From: Antedon mediterranea
Taxonomy: Eukaryota > Animalia > Echinodermata
Direction: 5' to 3'
DNA: 64,000 bases
NCBI RefSeq assembly: GCF_964355755.1
Contig: NC_092678.1
Location: forward strand, 24,073,365 to 24,137,364
Both the position numbers and the translations under genes were made by a program. Shown piece after piece: positions 12,901 to 27,400 of this stretch (within the stretch, counting starts at the first letter, position 1; each line of letters begins with the position of its first letter). The notes below the pieces were generated by a model. That model searched no databases and was not told where the DNA came from. It was given only the letters and a program-made list of their open reading frames with translations.

Positions 12901-15900
12901 ATCATCGTCATTCGACGTAATTGTTTGCTCCTATTTTTATTATCCGATACATTATTTTAATCACTCACCTCGGACGTTTATTTCAACAGTACACGCCACA
13001 CTGTTTCCACTTGAGTCAGTTACGACTAAAGTTTCCTCACTTTTTCCAAGTGGATAAAACATTGTTGACAAATTACTAAAAACTTGTCCAGAATTATCCG
13101 TTGGGTGAAATACAGTTGGGAAGAAAATCGTAGCTATGTCACTTCCAGGATCATTATTGAAATTACTAATAAAAGGTGGACAAGCCGGTGGTTCTTCATC
13201 TATTAAAAGATAGATTATTTATTTGTTAGTGCTACTAACACAATATTAGCAGCCAAAAGACTGAAAGAACCTTTAACAGACAAAATAATTCATCAAATAA
13301 ATGCAATATCTCACCTCGAACGTTTATTTCAACTGTACACGTCACATTGTTACCGCTCGAGTCACTTGCAGAAAAAGTTTCAACACTTTTCCCAATTGGA
13401 TAAATCTGTAAACCAGCCGTAACATTACTAAAAACCTCTCCTGCATTATCGATTGCGTAAAATGTAGTTGAGATATCAATCGTAGCATAGCTTCTTCCAA
13501 TATTGGTAGTGAAATTCCCACTACCAGGTGGACACGAAGGTGGTTCTTTGTCTATTAATTAAGATAAGATAAATAAAAGATTTATCCATTGCAATGTCGA
13601 CAGTAAGACCAAATAATAGTAATTAAAAAAAAACTTAAACATAAGAAAAGGCTGTAAGATCATTGAAGGTATATAAAAAGAATTTATTAGTAAAAAATCG
13701 CTAAAAATCTGCAGCTGAATATGTAGTACAATATGATGCATGCTATGTAACAACTTTCAATTTACAATTTTGTTGTTCAACAAATAACAAGCTGGTGTCG
13801 TTGAAAGTTTACATTTAAGTTTAATTATTTTCATAATTTGTAATTATTTCTCAAAGAATATTCACCTTCAACAATGATTACCACTAAACACGTTACTTCA
13901 TTTTCACTCGAGTCTTCAGCTTTGAACGAAAATTCATTGTGTCCAATTGGAATATCCGTCGGGAATACGTCAATTGGACGAGGCGTTACGTCTACTTGTT
14001 GTGAGTTATCAGTTGCCGTTATTTCATTTGAATAATCAATGGAAGCCGTGTCGCTTCCAGGATCAGTAGTGAAATAAGCACCAGATGGACAATTAAGCAC
14101 AGGCAGTGTTACGTCTACACAAATCAATAAGAAATATATTTAATTGTTTTCAATTAATGTTTTGGCTCAATGTTATATTTTATAGAATGTCACATTAGCG
14201 ATTGACTTGAACGTGGATATAAATGCAATATATTGCCGGCGGCCGGCTGAATGGGCATCTTGTTGTTATTGTTACCTACCGACTATTGTTATTGTGAATG
14301 TACAGCTACCGAAATTTCCCGATGAATCATTTGCTGTGAAAGTATAACTAGTCTTTCCAACTCGAAGATGAGCAGGAAACCAAATATCAGGATGTGGGTG
14401 GGACGTGAGATTTTCTTGTGAGTTGTCAGTGACACCAACCGGATTTCCAAATTCTATGTATCGTGTGGCCTCATTTACACGCAGACTTTTGGTAACGTTA
14501 CCCGGACAGTCAAGTACAGGAACCTCTGTATCTAATATTTAATTTTAATGAAAAACAAATTTAATTTTGTCATGTGTAGGCCTAATTAATGAAGGTCAAA
14601 ACAAAAATGACTATATTGAATCATTATAATTCCAACATGTTGGTGAGTAGTAGTAGACTTATAGTATATCAAATTACACCGTACGTTAACAATGAAGTGA
14701 ATTAAATTTAACAGCTCATTTGCTTAATACTATAATGCTTACGCCTAAAAAATAGAGAATCTTTTAAAGCTTGGTTTTCCACTAGAACACACCAACTCAA
14801 TTGCGTTGTACCGACTTAAATTTCCTTCTTCCAAATTGAATTGTGCTTTTAACCTGCTTGATTTGCGTCAACGTTTAGTTGCCGTAGACTTTCACTTCAC
14901 ACTCTGCGCTGCACTACGCGTTGCTGCGTTAAGGGTCTTTCACATCTGTTCCGACACGGTTCTGGTCCAGCGCCGGCGACAAATCCAATCGAAAGTCAAT
15001 GTTTCGTTTTCACGCGATTACGCGCATATTGATTGGCGCACAGTTGCGTTTTGAAGCACTTGCATCGCCGGTTCCCACGTGATTACTTAAATCTCTGTCT
15101 ACACTATCAAACTTTATGTGACAAAAAAATGTGATGTGCCCATATATATGGACATGATGATGTTATATCACTACCATATTTAAGCATATCACTACCATAT
15201 ATGGGCACATCACACTTTTTTGTCACAGAGGTCTAAAGTTTGATTTACTTTGACAGAGCTTAGTACAGCACTTTGCTTCGTTAAGTCGATGCATTGCGTT
15301 CTAGTGGGAAAATATTTAAAGGTAACACGTGCAATTTTGCGTTTTAATTTTCTTCTCCATATTATCAGAGTCAATTATTTTACTGTACCTGGTTTTTATA
15401 TTCTCACCTTTGACATTTATTTCAATTGTACACGATAGACCTACATATTTTCCTGCCTGATCAGTAGCTCTGAAGACAGTGTAGTGTTTTCCAATTCGAA
15501 ATTGACCAAATGATGGGGTAATAGTTAGTGGTCCTGAACTGTTCGTTGGATGTATTACTATTATATTATTAAAATCAACCGAAGCTTTGTGGCTTCCAGG
15601 ATCGGTAGAGACATTAACAGTAGACGGACAATCAAGTATATCTAATATTAAGAAAACAAATTCGTAAAACACATTTTCATAAAAGCTCAATACAATAATA
15701 TGTACAGATAGATTTACTATTGAAAATGTTTAAAAAGTGAGAAAAAATGAATTTAATATTGCACGCTTTGTATGCTTGCCATAACATCTACAATTATTCA
15801 CTATAGAGATGCCAACATACATATCAACACAAAGTTGTAGATTTAAAGTGGAGCTACACTCAGACTTTTTCAGCTTATATTATGTTTAAGTATGTTTAAT

Positions 15901-17399
15901 TGAAAGTGATTACATAAAAAAAACCAGGAAAAATACGGAAATATTTTCCAAAAACTCATTTCTAAAAAATCGGTCAGAAAATAGTGTTTTTTAACAAATT
16001 ACAGTTTTTCAGTAACTTAGGGGTTATTAGTTTACAATACGTCGCGAAACGCGTTACACTTAGCGACTGACGCGTTTTAGTCGCTGGTCAACGCATTGTG
16101 GAAATTTCTTCCCTTTGGTAAATTATGTGTCGAAAAATTGGGAATAAATTTTATACACACAATTAATACGATTTGTTTAGGCCTAAGTAATATTTCCGAT
16201 AAGAATGTCAGTATAATTTACATGTAACCTCATGATTTTCACTGTACAACAACAACAGCATTATAATCTTATCAGATTGCTTTTAACTTTAAGCTAGGGC
16301 TAGGCCTAGCTAAGCCGTCTGCTCAGCCTAGCTAGGCTTGAATTTTTGTCTAGAGGCCTATGTATTCATAGGCATGGTCGTTTCGCCCCATTTATCGTTC
16401 CTGGGTTTTCTCGCATATTAAGAACTGTGAAACACAAAATCCTATACAGAACAAGAGTAGTAAAGAATAGTAAAGCGATGTGCAAGCTTAGACCTGACTG
16501 AAAAGCAACTATTCAGGCACCCTATCATGGCCCATGGGTAGGCCAAGGTCGGGTGACAGCAAAACAAACTTCACTGCTGTCAGCCTAGCCTAGCTAGAGG
16601 CCAAGCCACTAAGCAGCATCGGTACATACCTACACTCTAGTAGGCCTAGGCCTAGCTTTATTGAATATATAGCCACATCTTTCTCAAATCTCGTTAAATT
16701 TGACATTTTAGTAATAGTCTCATAATCACATTATTACACTGTGAAACATAATAGGGTCACATTCAGAATGTTTTAATATACTTTTCGCCCGTCAAAAATA
16801 ACATCGCGACAAAATAACAGATCGCCAGCTGCAGTAGTGTGTGATTGTGAAAAATGTCACGTGATCGGACTCCCTAGCAAAATAAAAAACCCAATTGGAC
16901 CCGAACGGGGGAAAGTGTCTATTTACGCAAAATTGCGCAATGTATACGTGATAAAAATACCAGAAATAGAAAGATCTGGAAAAGTTACATAAATATACAT
17001 TTTACTTTTTTTTTTTGGTGAAGAAATGAATTTTTTAGGATTATTCAAATATACCCCCCTTTTGCATGTAAAAGAATAGGAAATTACAAGGTATCCCCCC
17101 AAAACGCAAAAAGGCGTGATTTTCAAGAAAATCGTACTCATTGAAAAAAATTTCAAAAAAATATGAAGTATAAGGGATGATATTTTTAAATAATAGTTGA
17201 AATGTATGAAAAATAGTAATTTTCTGGGTGGAGCTCCACTTTTAACACAATTTGAAGCATATATAATATATAAACGTTTATCATTGTTTAAAGTTGTTTG
17301 GACTGCAAGTACAATTAAAAAATACTCACCACTGTAGGCTAAATGATTAATACAAATGTAAAATAAAGCAGAGTAAAATAAAGTCCTCAATTTCATCAT
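3949..17399 (-). CDS. Adhesion GPCR paralogue A: signal peptide, 10 HYR domains, short GAIN/GPS, secretin-type 7TM (multi-exon)
   Basis: Signal exon 17399-17330 (MMKLRTLFYSALFYICINHLAYS). Phase 1-1 HYR exons at ~15641-15408, 14531-14280, 14114-13866, 13551-13315, 13199-12969, 12776-12531, 12346-12110, 11727-11491, 11056-10817, 10497-10246 (D..PP.L.CP...ATDNSG...PIG...F.A.D.SGN...C). GPS exon ~8718-8598 (ECLWATDGC...TCRCSHLTSFVILM). TM exons ~8491-4178 (CWLST, FVTMNSFQGLFIWFTQCVLSKEVR). Last exon 4035-3949. Confidence 0.9.
5497..5612. mobile_element. Second copy of the tggttcccactag MITE family
   Basis: ttggttcccactagcgcgcaacgtaaagacgtaag...ccaatc...cttatgtccttgcgtt matches the 3508 copy. Confidence 0.55.
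6336..6597 (+). mobile_element. tRNA-derived SINE or Pol III transcript: cloverleaf head 6336-6404, ~170 bp body, poly(T) tail
   Basis: A box TAGCTCAGTTGG, B box GGTTCAAACCC, paired D and T arms, anticodon arm TCGTG-GAA-CACGA with only a 3 nt loop, T run at ~6574-6597. Confidence 0.75.
7204..7276 (-). ncRNA. Minimal type I hammerhead ribozyme motif in an intron of GPCR A (sense to the gene)
   Basis: Minus strand: ttcac-CTGAAGA-GTGCGGCCAGC-tacat-GCTGGTCGCAC-GAAA-CAAATTTG-TA-gcga. 11 bp stem II, palindromic stem III, GUA triplet; stem I imperfect. Confidence 0.65.
11861..12085 (-). pseudogene. Dead HYR exon inside GPCR A
   Basis: Paralogue of exon 12776-12531, but it has lost its acceptor and 5' end, lies ~25 bp from the previous donor, and has TGA in place of the Gly of DSSGN (11900-11902). 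Confidence 0.75.
14768..15315. mobile_element. Nested MITE cluster: outer ttggttttccactagaac...gttctagtgggaaa element containing a hairpin MITE at ~15091-15262
   Basis: Outer inverted termini. Inner ctctgtctacactatcaaact...agtttgat...gacagag with palindromic tgtgatgtgcccatata/tatgggcacatcaca; an inverted second copy lies at ~37811-37965. Confidence 0.7.
15847..17241. mobile_element. Non-autonomous DNA transposon with TTAA-flanked short TIRs (Kolobok-like) in intron 1 of GPCR A
   Basis: Left ttaa|AGTGGAGCTACACTCAGA, right TCTGGGTGGAGCTCCACT|(t)ttaa (16/18 inverted match); no transposase ORF. Confidence 0.7.
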
Positions 17400-18413
17400 G
17401 AGAGTATTCTGAGTTGAAAGACGGTAAACTTATACTGTATACTTTATGCTGGAGACTAGATCATCTACATCACCAAACCAGTCAACTACTTTCTTGACGA
17501 ATTAGTTGAGAGATAATATCACACATATTTAAGCTGAGTTTGAAAGGCAATATGTAATTAAACTCAAATATACCATTGTTATACATTCTTAATGTTTTAT
17601 TATAATTTCGTACTAATCGATCCAATCGAACTTGTTAGTAGTATTTGAATTATACAATTTGATATATATAATTCGACCAAACCTAAACAACCAAGCAATC
17701 ATTTTATCATAAATAAGCCACCAAAATTATTCAACACAAAACATTGATCGTTACGACTATTCCTATTATTTTATGAAAAAAAAATCCAACATAATTTGGA
17801 AGTAATCAAGCACAGGTTTTTTTTGTCTTTCTCAAATTAAACCACCTAATTAAGGTTTTCGCAAATTTCTGTTTGTGCTGTAAATACTTTTAAATAAAAG
17901 TAAAAGATGCCTAGAAATTAGCAATCATCTTTGTTTCGTTTACAAACAATATGACGCTTTCGTTTTCATAAGGCGATCTTTCACAACTGCTTCCGGTTTA
18001 TAGAAATCTTAATTTTTACCTAATTTTCTATTAAACCAAACTGTTGCAAACCTTCTTCTAACATTATATATAACCAGTAAATACAACTTTGGTTCATAAA
18101 AGTACAAATATATTAAGAATTTTTTATTATCAATTTTTTTCAAAATGAAAACAATGTTTAAACATGCTTATCTCAACAATATTATATTACTCGCACTTCA
18201 ATGACATTCGTTGAAATATACATACATTTAATTGTATTTATTATTAGTTTAAAATTAAAACAGTTTAATATCTAAAATATTATATTTTACAAATAACAAT
18301 AATATATTACAATATTCGCGCGTCAATAAAATTCGTGCAACAAGTGAGATGAAACGTGTAGTGGATATGTATAACACGCGAGTAATCCGCGTGCTGTTAG
18401 TTTTAGTCGATTG

Positions 18414-21400
18414 TTAGTTTGTCGTAGCTATTGCAGTGTTTACTGTATGTTCGCTCTGTTTTACTCGGTTGTTGAATGATTTCCTTACAATATCTCGCAC
18501 CTACAAAAATGAAAGGTAAAATTAAGGGCCTTTTTCAAATTTGTTTTCTAAATTTGTTTTCTAAATTTGTTTTCTAAATTTGTTTTCTAAATTTGTTTTC
18601 TAAATTTGTTTTCTAAATTTGTTTTCTAAATTTGTTTTCTAAATTTGTTTTCTAAATTTGTTTTCTAAATTTGTTTTCTAAATTTGTTTTCTAAATTTGT
18701 TTTCTAAATTTGTTTTCTAAATTTGTTTGTATAATAGGAGGTTTCTACATTTAGAAGTTCTGTTACTGGGATTCCCCCTTTTCATTCGTTTCTTTTACTA
18801 TATGTGAACTTTATTCAATCAATCGTACATTTGTTAAAATGGTAACCACAATAAGATATAATATTACAGTAGATTTTTACAAAAAAAAAAAAAACAAGAC
18901 CAATATAAATATAAATTATAAAATATATACAATGATTATTTACAGTAATGATAAAAATAAAAATTAATTGTTTATATTGACTATTATTGGAAACAGAAGT
19001 TGAATAATAAAATACTGGAAAGTTTAGTTAGAGGTTTACAATCAATGGAAAAGATGAAAACATATAATATTGTAAGTATTAAAAGTAGCATTGTTTAGGG
19101 AGATTACTGTTTTCTCTAATTATGCTATTCATATTCATGTATTCGTTTTTTCTCTCTTCTTTTTTCGATGAAAGAAAAAATATTATCAATATAACAAATT
19201 GAACAAATATATCACCTCTTTGCTGAGAACACACTGAGTGAACCAGATGAATAGTCCCTGAAAGGAATTCATTGTCACAAAGATGTATTCCAGGCCGACC
19301 GATTCAGAGAAGATGACTACGACACCGAATATCCACCAAAGTCCAACGGTTGGTGTAAGGAGCAATATGCCACTAAATAGAGTTCTACAAAATTAAGTAA
19401 AATAAATTGAATTTAGTCAACAGTGAAATTAGAAAGAAGTTTCGCACGTAAAGGTACAAGTAACTATTCCTCTTCAACTAGTATCTGGATACCATATCAT
19501 AAAGTTTCTTAAGTTGCGTATGTTGCGTCTTAAGTAGTTGCTTAAAGACAAAGCATGTATACATTGTAGGGCCTAACCTGATTCTTTTGAGGTGTTGGGC
19601 ATCTTCTCCAGTTTGGTTTGGTAGTTGAGATTTTTTATAAGCTACGTAGCCAATTACCAATAACTGTACAAGTACGATCTGTAAAATAAAGTAATTGAAT
19701 GAAAGAACACCAAACATGTTCTTTGTGTGTATACATCATGATGTATTATTAACTTATTCGTTAACTTTGTAAATGGAATAAATGTTCTTACCAACACAGC
19801 CAGGCAAACTGGAGAAATGAATGCCCATGTACTCCCTGAGTCTGTGGACAGCCAACATCTAAAAAATAGAAACAATATAGGAATATTTTTTTAATGACCA
19901 TCATGGCGAACATTGTTATTGGTTAATAACTATTTTTGTACTAACCTATCAGATGCGTAATTGTTTTGCGTTGACCCAACAGTTATCCCGACGATAATGG
20001 CGGGAATAATCCAACCGATCAATCGGCTGTACGAGAATCGTCGTTCATGGTTCAGAAATGGATGCTTGATCTTGATATATAAATCGGTTGATATGATAAC
20101 CATCCATGAAACACTCGCTAACAGACTATAGTGTAAGGATCCCGCCAGCAGACTACATGCTATCTGTAGATTGGATTGAAAAAGAAGTTTAAGAAAAAAT
20201 CAACGAGAAGAAGAACAATGTTATTACAACCAACCTTACAAACTATTCAAGTTTTCAAAGGAACTTATTTCAACTGTTAAGTCAGTGACATTCGATATAT
20301 TTACCAGAGATTTATTAGCATCTGACTCAAGTAGCAAAAACAGAGTGTTGACACAGAGTAACGAAATCACCAAATGGCGCAGCATTCTAAATCTATCCGA
20401 ACTTCTTAATTCTCTGAAATTAGAAAATAGTTGTTATGTTAATTCGTTTAATCGATCGTGTATTACTTATTTCGTACCATTAGCTTTAGTCTAGGTTCTA
20501 TAGACTGTATTTCAATTTCATATTGGTAAAAAGATAAATATTTTGGCACACAAGGCGTTTCATATGTGTAATAGCTCTTGAAATAGCCAGTAGTTACTTC
20601 CAGGCAAAATCGAAACGCCGACAAATGGACTGACATAAGAAAAGACAAGAACAAAAACCTTGGGGCATGGGTATTGTCTACATTTTCAATACACGTGGTG
20701 CCGTACTTCTTCTCAGCTTGAAATTCACAACGTATAAGGATTAGAGTGGCGAGGATTAAGCGATACCACAGGTAGGCCTATTTGTAACTTACCTAAAACC
20801 ACAAATAATAACTAGAGTGATGATGAGAAAAACGCTGGAGATTACCAATCCACATTTCGTGAGTATAGACATGTGTTGATCCGTTGATTTCTTTATTAAA
20901 CAGAAAACAGCAATTGAGTAAAGTATTATACAAAGCTAAGAATACACTAACACAACCAGTTTGTGTGTGGTAGTAGCCATTAGTGGGTCTGATATCAGAA
21001 ACAAGTTATGAATGAGTTCACAGCAAAACCACATATGGCCTAATTATATAAAGCTATTTCCCCTTGCTATGAGAAGGTGACGTTTTAATAACCGGGGGAA
21101 CCTTCGGTACCCAAGAAAGCGATTCATTTATAGGGCCAATGTCCCCTGACATGGCCTTGTGTTAATAAAACAGATATGTACTGTATATATCCTTCGCGAT
21201 GTTCTGAAGGAAGAGTTCTATTCTATCAGTTAAATTACCGGTTTTGGTTTCATGAGAATGACAAATGACGTCAGATGATTACATCTACACGTCACACCAG
21301 TTACGTAATAGTCTTCTTCGTAGATTGTTACACATCCATCAGTTGCCCATAAACACTCGCTTTAATAAAGTGAAAAATTACAAAGTAAATCTTTAGTAAG

Positions 21401-24400
21401 TAAGTTTTGTATTATGGTGTATGAGTCGCTTACGTTCTGTCCCATGTCTTTATATCATTACGAAATACTTGTTCAGTAGGCCTACTAGAAATCTCGGAGA
21501 GTTCGCATGGTCGTATCTGGTTTCTGAGCGTGTGCAGATTGTTTTTTTTTTCTTCTAAAATTGATACTTACGATGGAGGATATTTATCATTTGTAAAGTG
21601 ACAAACCGGAAGTACATTTTCATTCACCTCCACATTCTCCTTTAAAGAAAAATTACAATAACAACAAACATTTAAGTTGATTTGTATATAAATGTTTTAC
21701 AACTTAGTTTAAACGTGTTTAATTTTTCTTGTAATGTTCCTATGTTTCAATCTTACCTATGTTTCAATCTTACCTTTAATGTAGGAAAGTAAATCTCACA
21801 ATTCAAACTTATTTTTGTAAAATTTCTATCAAAACTATCAAGATTAAGTACGTCAGTCACACTTTTGTAAAACTCTCCATTGCTGAAAAAAAAAATTAAT
21901 TTGGGATACTGAAATAAAAGAATATATTCACGATTTACGTAAAAATGTAATTTCTTTTCCATGTATTTCACATAAGGTTGACACATCTGCCTGTATTTAC
22001 CAATGAATACAGTTAAGAGGGTAGCTGCAATTGATTTATTATTTATTGTTATAGGCTGACACTTGATCATTACTTACACAGTTTCCAATAATGTGTTAGC
22101 CGAAAGTTTAGTTAAACTTGCATTAACAACAAATGGTCCATCTAAAAAAATACAATAATCTTGATGAATCCCATCGTAAACTATAGGACTATTACTATTT
22201 TGTTACTGTTAGTTGTACGCGCGTGTGCGCGTGCGCTTCTTTGTAGTGTCACTGACGAGGTAAGCCACGATTTTTTGTTGGATTTTGGAAGATAGTTCCA
22301 ATGTTTATTATATTTGACTTACAACAATGATCTTACGATGTTGAGCATAATGTGTTCTAATGTAAGGAAAACAGTAACCAGTTATTTGATTAAATCTGAA
22401 GAATATTAATATTGTATTCAGATGTTAACCTATGATTAAATCATACCTTCTTTTACAGCGTGTTCAGTCGAGGCCCAAAACACGATACTATCTGGCTCAG
22501 TTGATACAGGGCTTGTTACATTGCGTTTTTCTTCTAATGTAAAATAAACTGTAATAAGAATATTAAACAATTTATTAAGTGATGGCGTGCTGATAAATCT
22601 TTGCTTTCATTATCTATAAATGATAGGAGCGTTTCCTTACCTGGAACCATTAACCTAAAATCACAGAAATCCGTGTTTCCCGATAAATCAGCTGCAGTAA
22701 ATTTATACTCATTCTGTCCAATACCAATTCCTCCATAAAATGTTGCATTAGGATTTGGAGAGATGATAATTTCCATCGAGTTGTCCTTTGCTGTCATTAC
22801 TTCTGAGTAGTTTAGAGATGCCAATACAGAATCAGTATTTGGATAAATCGTCATGTTGGTAGATGGACAATTTAACACTGGATCTTCTATATCTGTTACG
22901 GTATATTACATAAATTAAAAGAAATTGTTTTAATCACATGTACGTCACTCTTTCCAATACATCCGTAAAAAAACACAAAGAACATAACAAAGTATGAGTA
23001 AGAATGTGCAAGTTTACAAGCAATGACTCGCTATGCAGCTATCGGTGCTTCATCACTAAATAGCGCCAAAAATGATACTCAAATGGACCGTATTTAGAAT
23101 CACGTACTTTATTGGATGTTTATATAACTTTTTTATAACTCATGTGAGTGATTATCGTTACTATCATTTTTGACGTCATTCTTGATATTAAGCTGTTTTT
23201 CATTTCATAATCACTCACCTCGAACGTTTATGTCAACTGTACACTTCACACTGTTTCCACTTGGATCAATTGCAAAGAACGTGTCCACACTTTTACCAAT
23301 TGGATAAAAACCAACAGTTGTTGTAAAATTACCAAAAACGTGTCCGGAATTATCAGTTGCGTATAATGTAGTTGAAAAATTAACCGTCGCCACATCGCTT
23401 CCAGGACCGGTAGTGAAATTACCACCAGGTGGACAGTAAAGTACAGGTGGTTCTGTATCTAATAATTCGTAATTTAAATTAACATAATAGTAGAAGAATG
23501 AAGCCGTAGTTGTGAAAAGAAAATGTCTGTGACTTCATTGACGTAGTTTGATTAGCTTGATAGCTTGATATTTTTAATCTTCGCAACATAATTAAAAATC
23601 ATGAATATGTAAGCATTTTGTTCCCACAGCCCTACTCTGGAATATATCACAGATCAGGAAATACTAGGAGATTGAATCAAGACTGTATACGCGACAACAA
23701 ACCGAAATCAACCGACAACAAACCGAAATCAGCCGACAACAAACCGAAATCAACCGACAACAAACCGAAATCAACCGTCGACCTATACCTGGTATGTAAT
23801 TAATTTAGCGTTTAGAATTTAATTTGAATTAAGATTTTTTTTAAATGTTTACCTAAACACTGTACATTCTCTGGTACAGTTTTACTTTGATGTTCATCAT
23901 TATTATATTATTCATCAACGTTAAATTATGTATTAAATGATTATTCCCTTTCTATAATCACTTACCTTGAACGTAAATTTCAACTGTACACTCCACGTTG
24001 TTTCCACTTGGATCACTTGCTGTGTAATTTTCCACCCTTCTTCCAATTGTATAATTCGCTCGGAGAGTTTGGTGAATTTCCACTTCTCCTGAATTATCCG
24101 TTGCTTTTATTAAATTCGATAGATCAACTGTGCCCTTGTCACTTCCATGATTGGTATAAAAAGTATAGCCAGGTGGACAGTCAAGTTCAGGTGGTGTTAT
24201 ATCTTAAATTCAAATTAATAAAAATGTATAATTGAATTGTTTTAGGACTACATCCTGGTTAGAGAATCTACATTTGTAAGATAATATAAAGTAGAGGGCA
24301 TCATGTCATGGTGTTTGGTACAATTATGATTTACAGAACCGTACAATCTAAACAAAATAGATATCAAAAAAAGCCTGTTTTCCACGAGGCGAATTTAGTC

Positions 24401-27400
24401 GTGCTAATCAATGCAATTTATTGTGTTACAGAAAGTATATAAAATATGTAAATTATATACGCATGCGCATTTAGTTAACGCTTTATTATTCACACGAATA
24501 AATTGATCTACAGGCTGAGTTACCTAAAATTGTTATTTGAAATGCACAGCTACCGACATTTTCTGACGAGTCGTTTGCTGTGAAGGTAAAATAAAAGTCT
24601 CCAACTCCAAGATTAACAGGAAATATATCTTCAGGATGAGGACGAATGATAAGGATGTCGTCTGTGTTATCACTTGCATTTATCATCGGCAACCAGATAT
24701 TCACTGTTGCATTCTCTTTAAGGGGTATCAACATGTCCTCAGGACAATTCAATACAGGCTGCTCTGTATCTATTAATTTACAGATGTATTAGTCAAAATT
24801 TAAAATTAGGTATAAAGTATCAAATAATATTAATAATGAACAATTCTTACTGGTGAGGCAGTTACTGTTAAAGGATATCCTATTCGTACTACACTGGAAA
24901 GATATATCGGAAGCACGTCTTATCATCGTCATTCGACGTAATTTTTGCTCCTATTTTCATTATCCGATATATTATTTTAATCACTCACCTCGGACGTTTA
25001 TTTCAACAGTACACTCGACACTGTTTCCACTTGGGTCAGTTACAACTAAAGTTTCCACGCTTTTTCCAACTGGATAAAACCCAACCATTGTTGAAAAATT
25101 GCCAAAAACTTGTCCGGAATTATCAACTGGGTAAAATGTAGTTAAGAAATCAACTGTAGACCTGTCGCTTCCAGGATCGGTAGTAAAATTACCACTACCA
25201 GGTGGACAAGATGGCGGTTCGTTATCTATTAATTGATAAATGATTTGTTTATCAGAGTTTAAATACACATAATATAAGTCAAAGGTCAAATTAAGAAATC
25301 GCAAAAAAAATGGCAGTAAAAAACAACAATAAGTAATCAAAGTATATACTCATAAATAATTGGTTAAATTCGGTTGAACAATTATTATTATTGTTTTCTT
25401 TTGTTTACGTATTTATTTATGTTCACCTTCAACAGTTATTAACACCGAACAAGTGTCTGAATTTTCACTCGGGTCCTTTGCTCTGAAATTCTTTTGACTG
25501 TTTCCAATCGGAAAATCCATAGGGAATACGTCATTTGGACGAGGCCTTACGTCTACTTGTCCCGAGTTATCAGTTGCGTTGATTTCATCTGAATAATCAA
25601 TGGTAACCACGGCGCTTCCAGGATCGGTAGTAAAATGACCACCAGGTGGACAGGAAAGTACAGGTAGTGTTAGATCTGTAAATTGATTAATTGATACTTA
25701 TTTGCAAAGTAAGCTGTAAGTTTGGTTTCTAAAGCCAATACTACTTTACTAAACAAAAGCTTTGATCGAGTAGGCCTTTCCCTCTGTATGCCAAGTTTGC
25801 TCTTTCATAACTTTTGATTTTGACGTCTACTCTGCTACTTACCTATAACTTCAATTGTAAATGTACAGGTAGCTGTATTTCTTGCTGAGTCCATTGATAC
25901 AAAAACAACAGTTTGCACGCCAACTCCGAGATCAACAGGAAACACTACTTTAGGATCAGGATAGATGGCTGGAACTTCTCCTGAGTTATCAGTTACACTG
26001 AAACTGTCACCAAGATCAAAGTGTCGTGTTGGTCCGTCTTGTAAAAATTCCAGGATGTCACCAGGGCAATTCAATACAGGAGCCTCATTATCTATTAATG
26101 TAAAAAGTAATGAATAACAATAACCTTTGGATTTACTAGCATATTTCCAAAATCATTATCATTTCTTTTCTTTTATTTAATCATATCATTATCATCATTT
26201 CTTTTTATTTTATTTTTGTATTTTATAATAATGATGGAGTAAGAGCAGTTTTCTGTTTGGGCTCATGCCTATTGCTTGCTCCTGGCAAGATGAAATATAA
26301 AACGTACTTTTAAGAACTTTTGCAGAATAAATATTATTATTATTATTATTGTGTGGTTTTATCAGAAATCCTACATTCTTCCAGACACATTGATTTGGCA
26401 TATAAAATATAAAAGTTTAACTAGTAGAACCAAACGCTTTAACGGTCACAAAATAATTGTATATGATTTTAAATGATAATATTTATAATAATGATACTAA
26501 ATCAACCTCCATGTCGTAGGTGACTCTAAACCTAAAAAACAACAATAAATTCAAGTTATCACAATACCAAAGTGGCAGGCAAGGATCGACTTCGAGCTAA
26601 TTGTGTAAATATATTTTCGGAAACACAATACTTCGTCAATATTAATCTTTTTGTATGAATTTCTTTACACAATATGACCAGGAAATGACTATAAAATTAT
26701 ACAACCCAATATGCTATAACTGGTTAGTGAACTGTGGAATGAATAGGGCTGGTGGCTAAAAAGTACACAATGAACCAAAATGAATAGGGTTGGCTAAAGA
26801 GTACACAATGAACCAAATGAATAGGGTTGGCTAAAAAATACACAATGAACCAAAATGAATAGGGTTGGCTAAAGAGTACACAATGAACCAAATGAATAGG
26901 GTTGGCTAAAGAGTACACAATGAACCAAATGAATAGGGTTGGCTAAAGAATACATAATGAACCAAATGAATAGGGTTGGCTAAAGAGTACACAATGAACC
27001 AAATGAATAGGGTTGGCTAAAGAGTACACAATGAACCAAATGAATAGGGTTGGCTAAAGAGTACACAATGAACCAAATGAATAGGGTTGGCTAAAAAATA
27101 CACAATGAACCAAAATGAATAGGTCGTGCTCTATCATTAGCTTGGTCATGCAATTCCTCTATGCTTTAAAATTTTGATCAACATCAGTCATAAAAGCGAA
27201 ATAAGAATACAATAGAAAGAACAAGGTGAATATCAGCAGTACGAATGGCAAATATGGCGGAAAAACCAACCGGATATTATTGTTATGTTAAAATACTCAA
27301 TACTACTACAAATTAAAAATGGGAAAACAAACCATTATCCCGAGTTTATTCAGAACAACAGAATTACTCTTCTTATAAATAAAAGTAAACAAACATCTCA

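Noticed and set aside
16923-17399. 158 aa hydrophobic ORF
   Set aside because: Only the first 23 codons are the GPCR signal exon; the rest is intron and transposon sequence.
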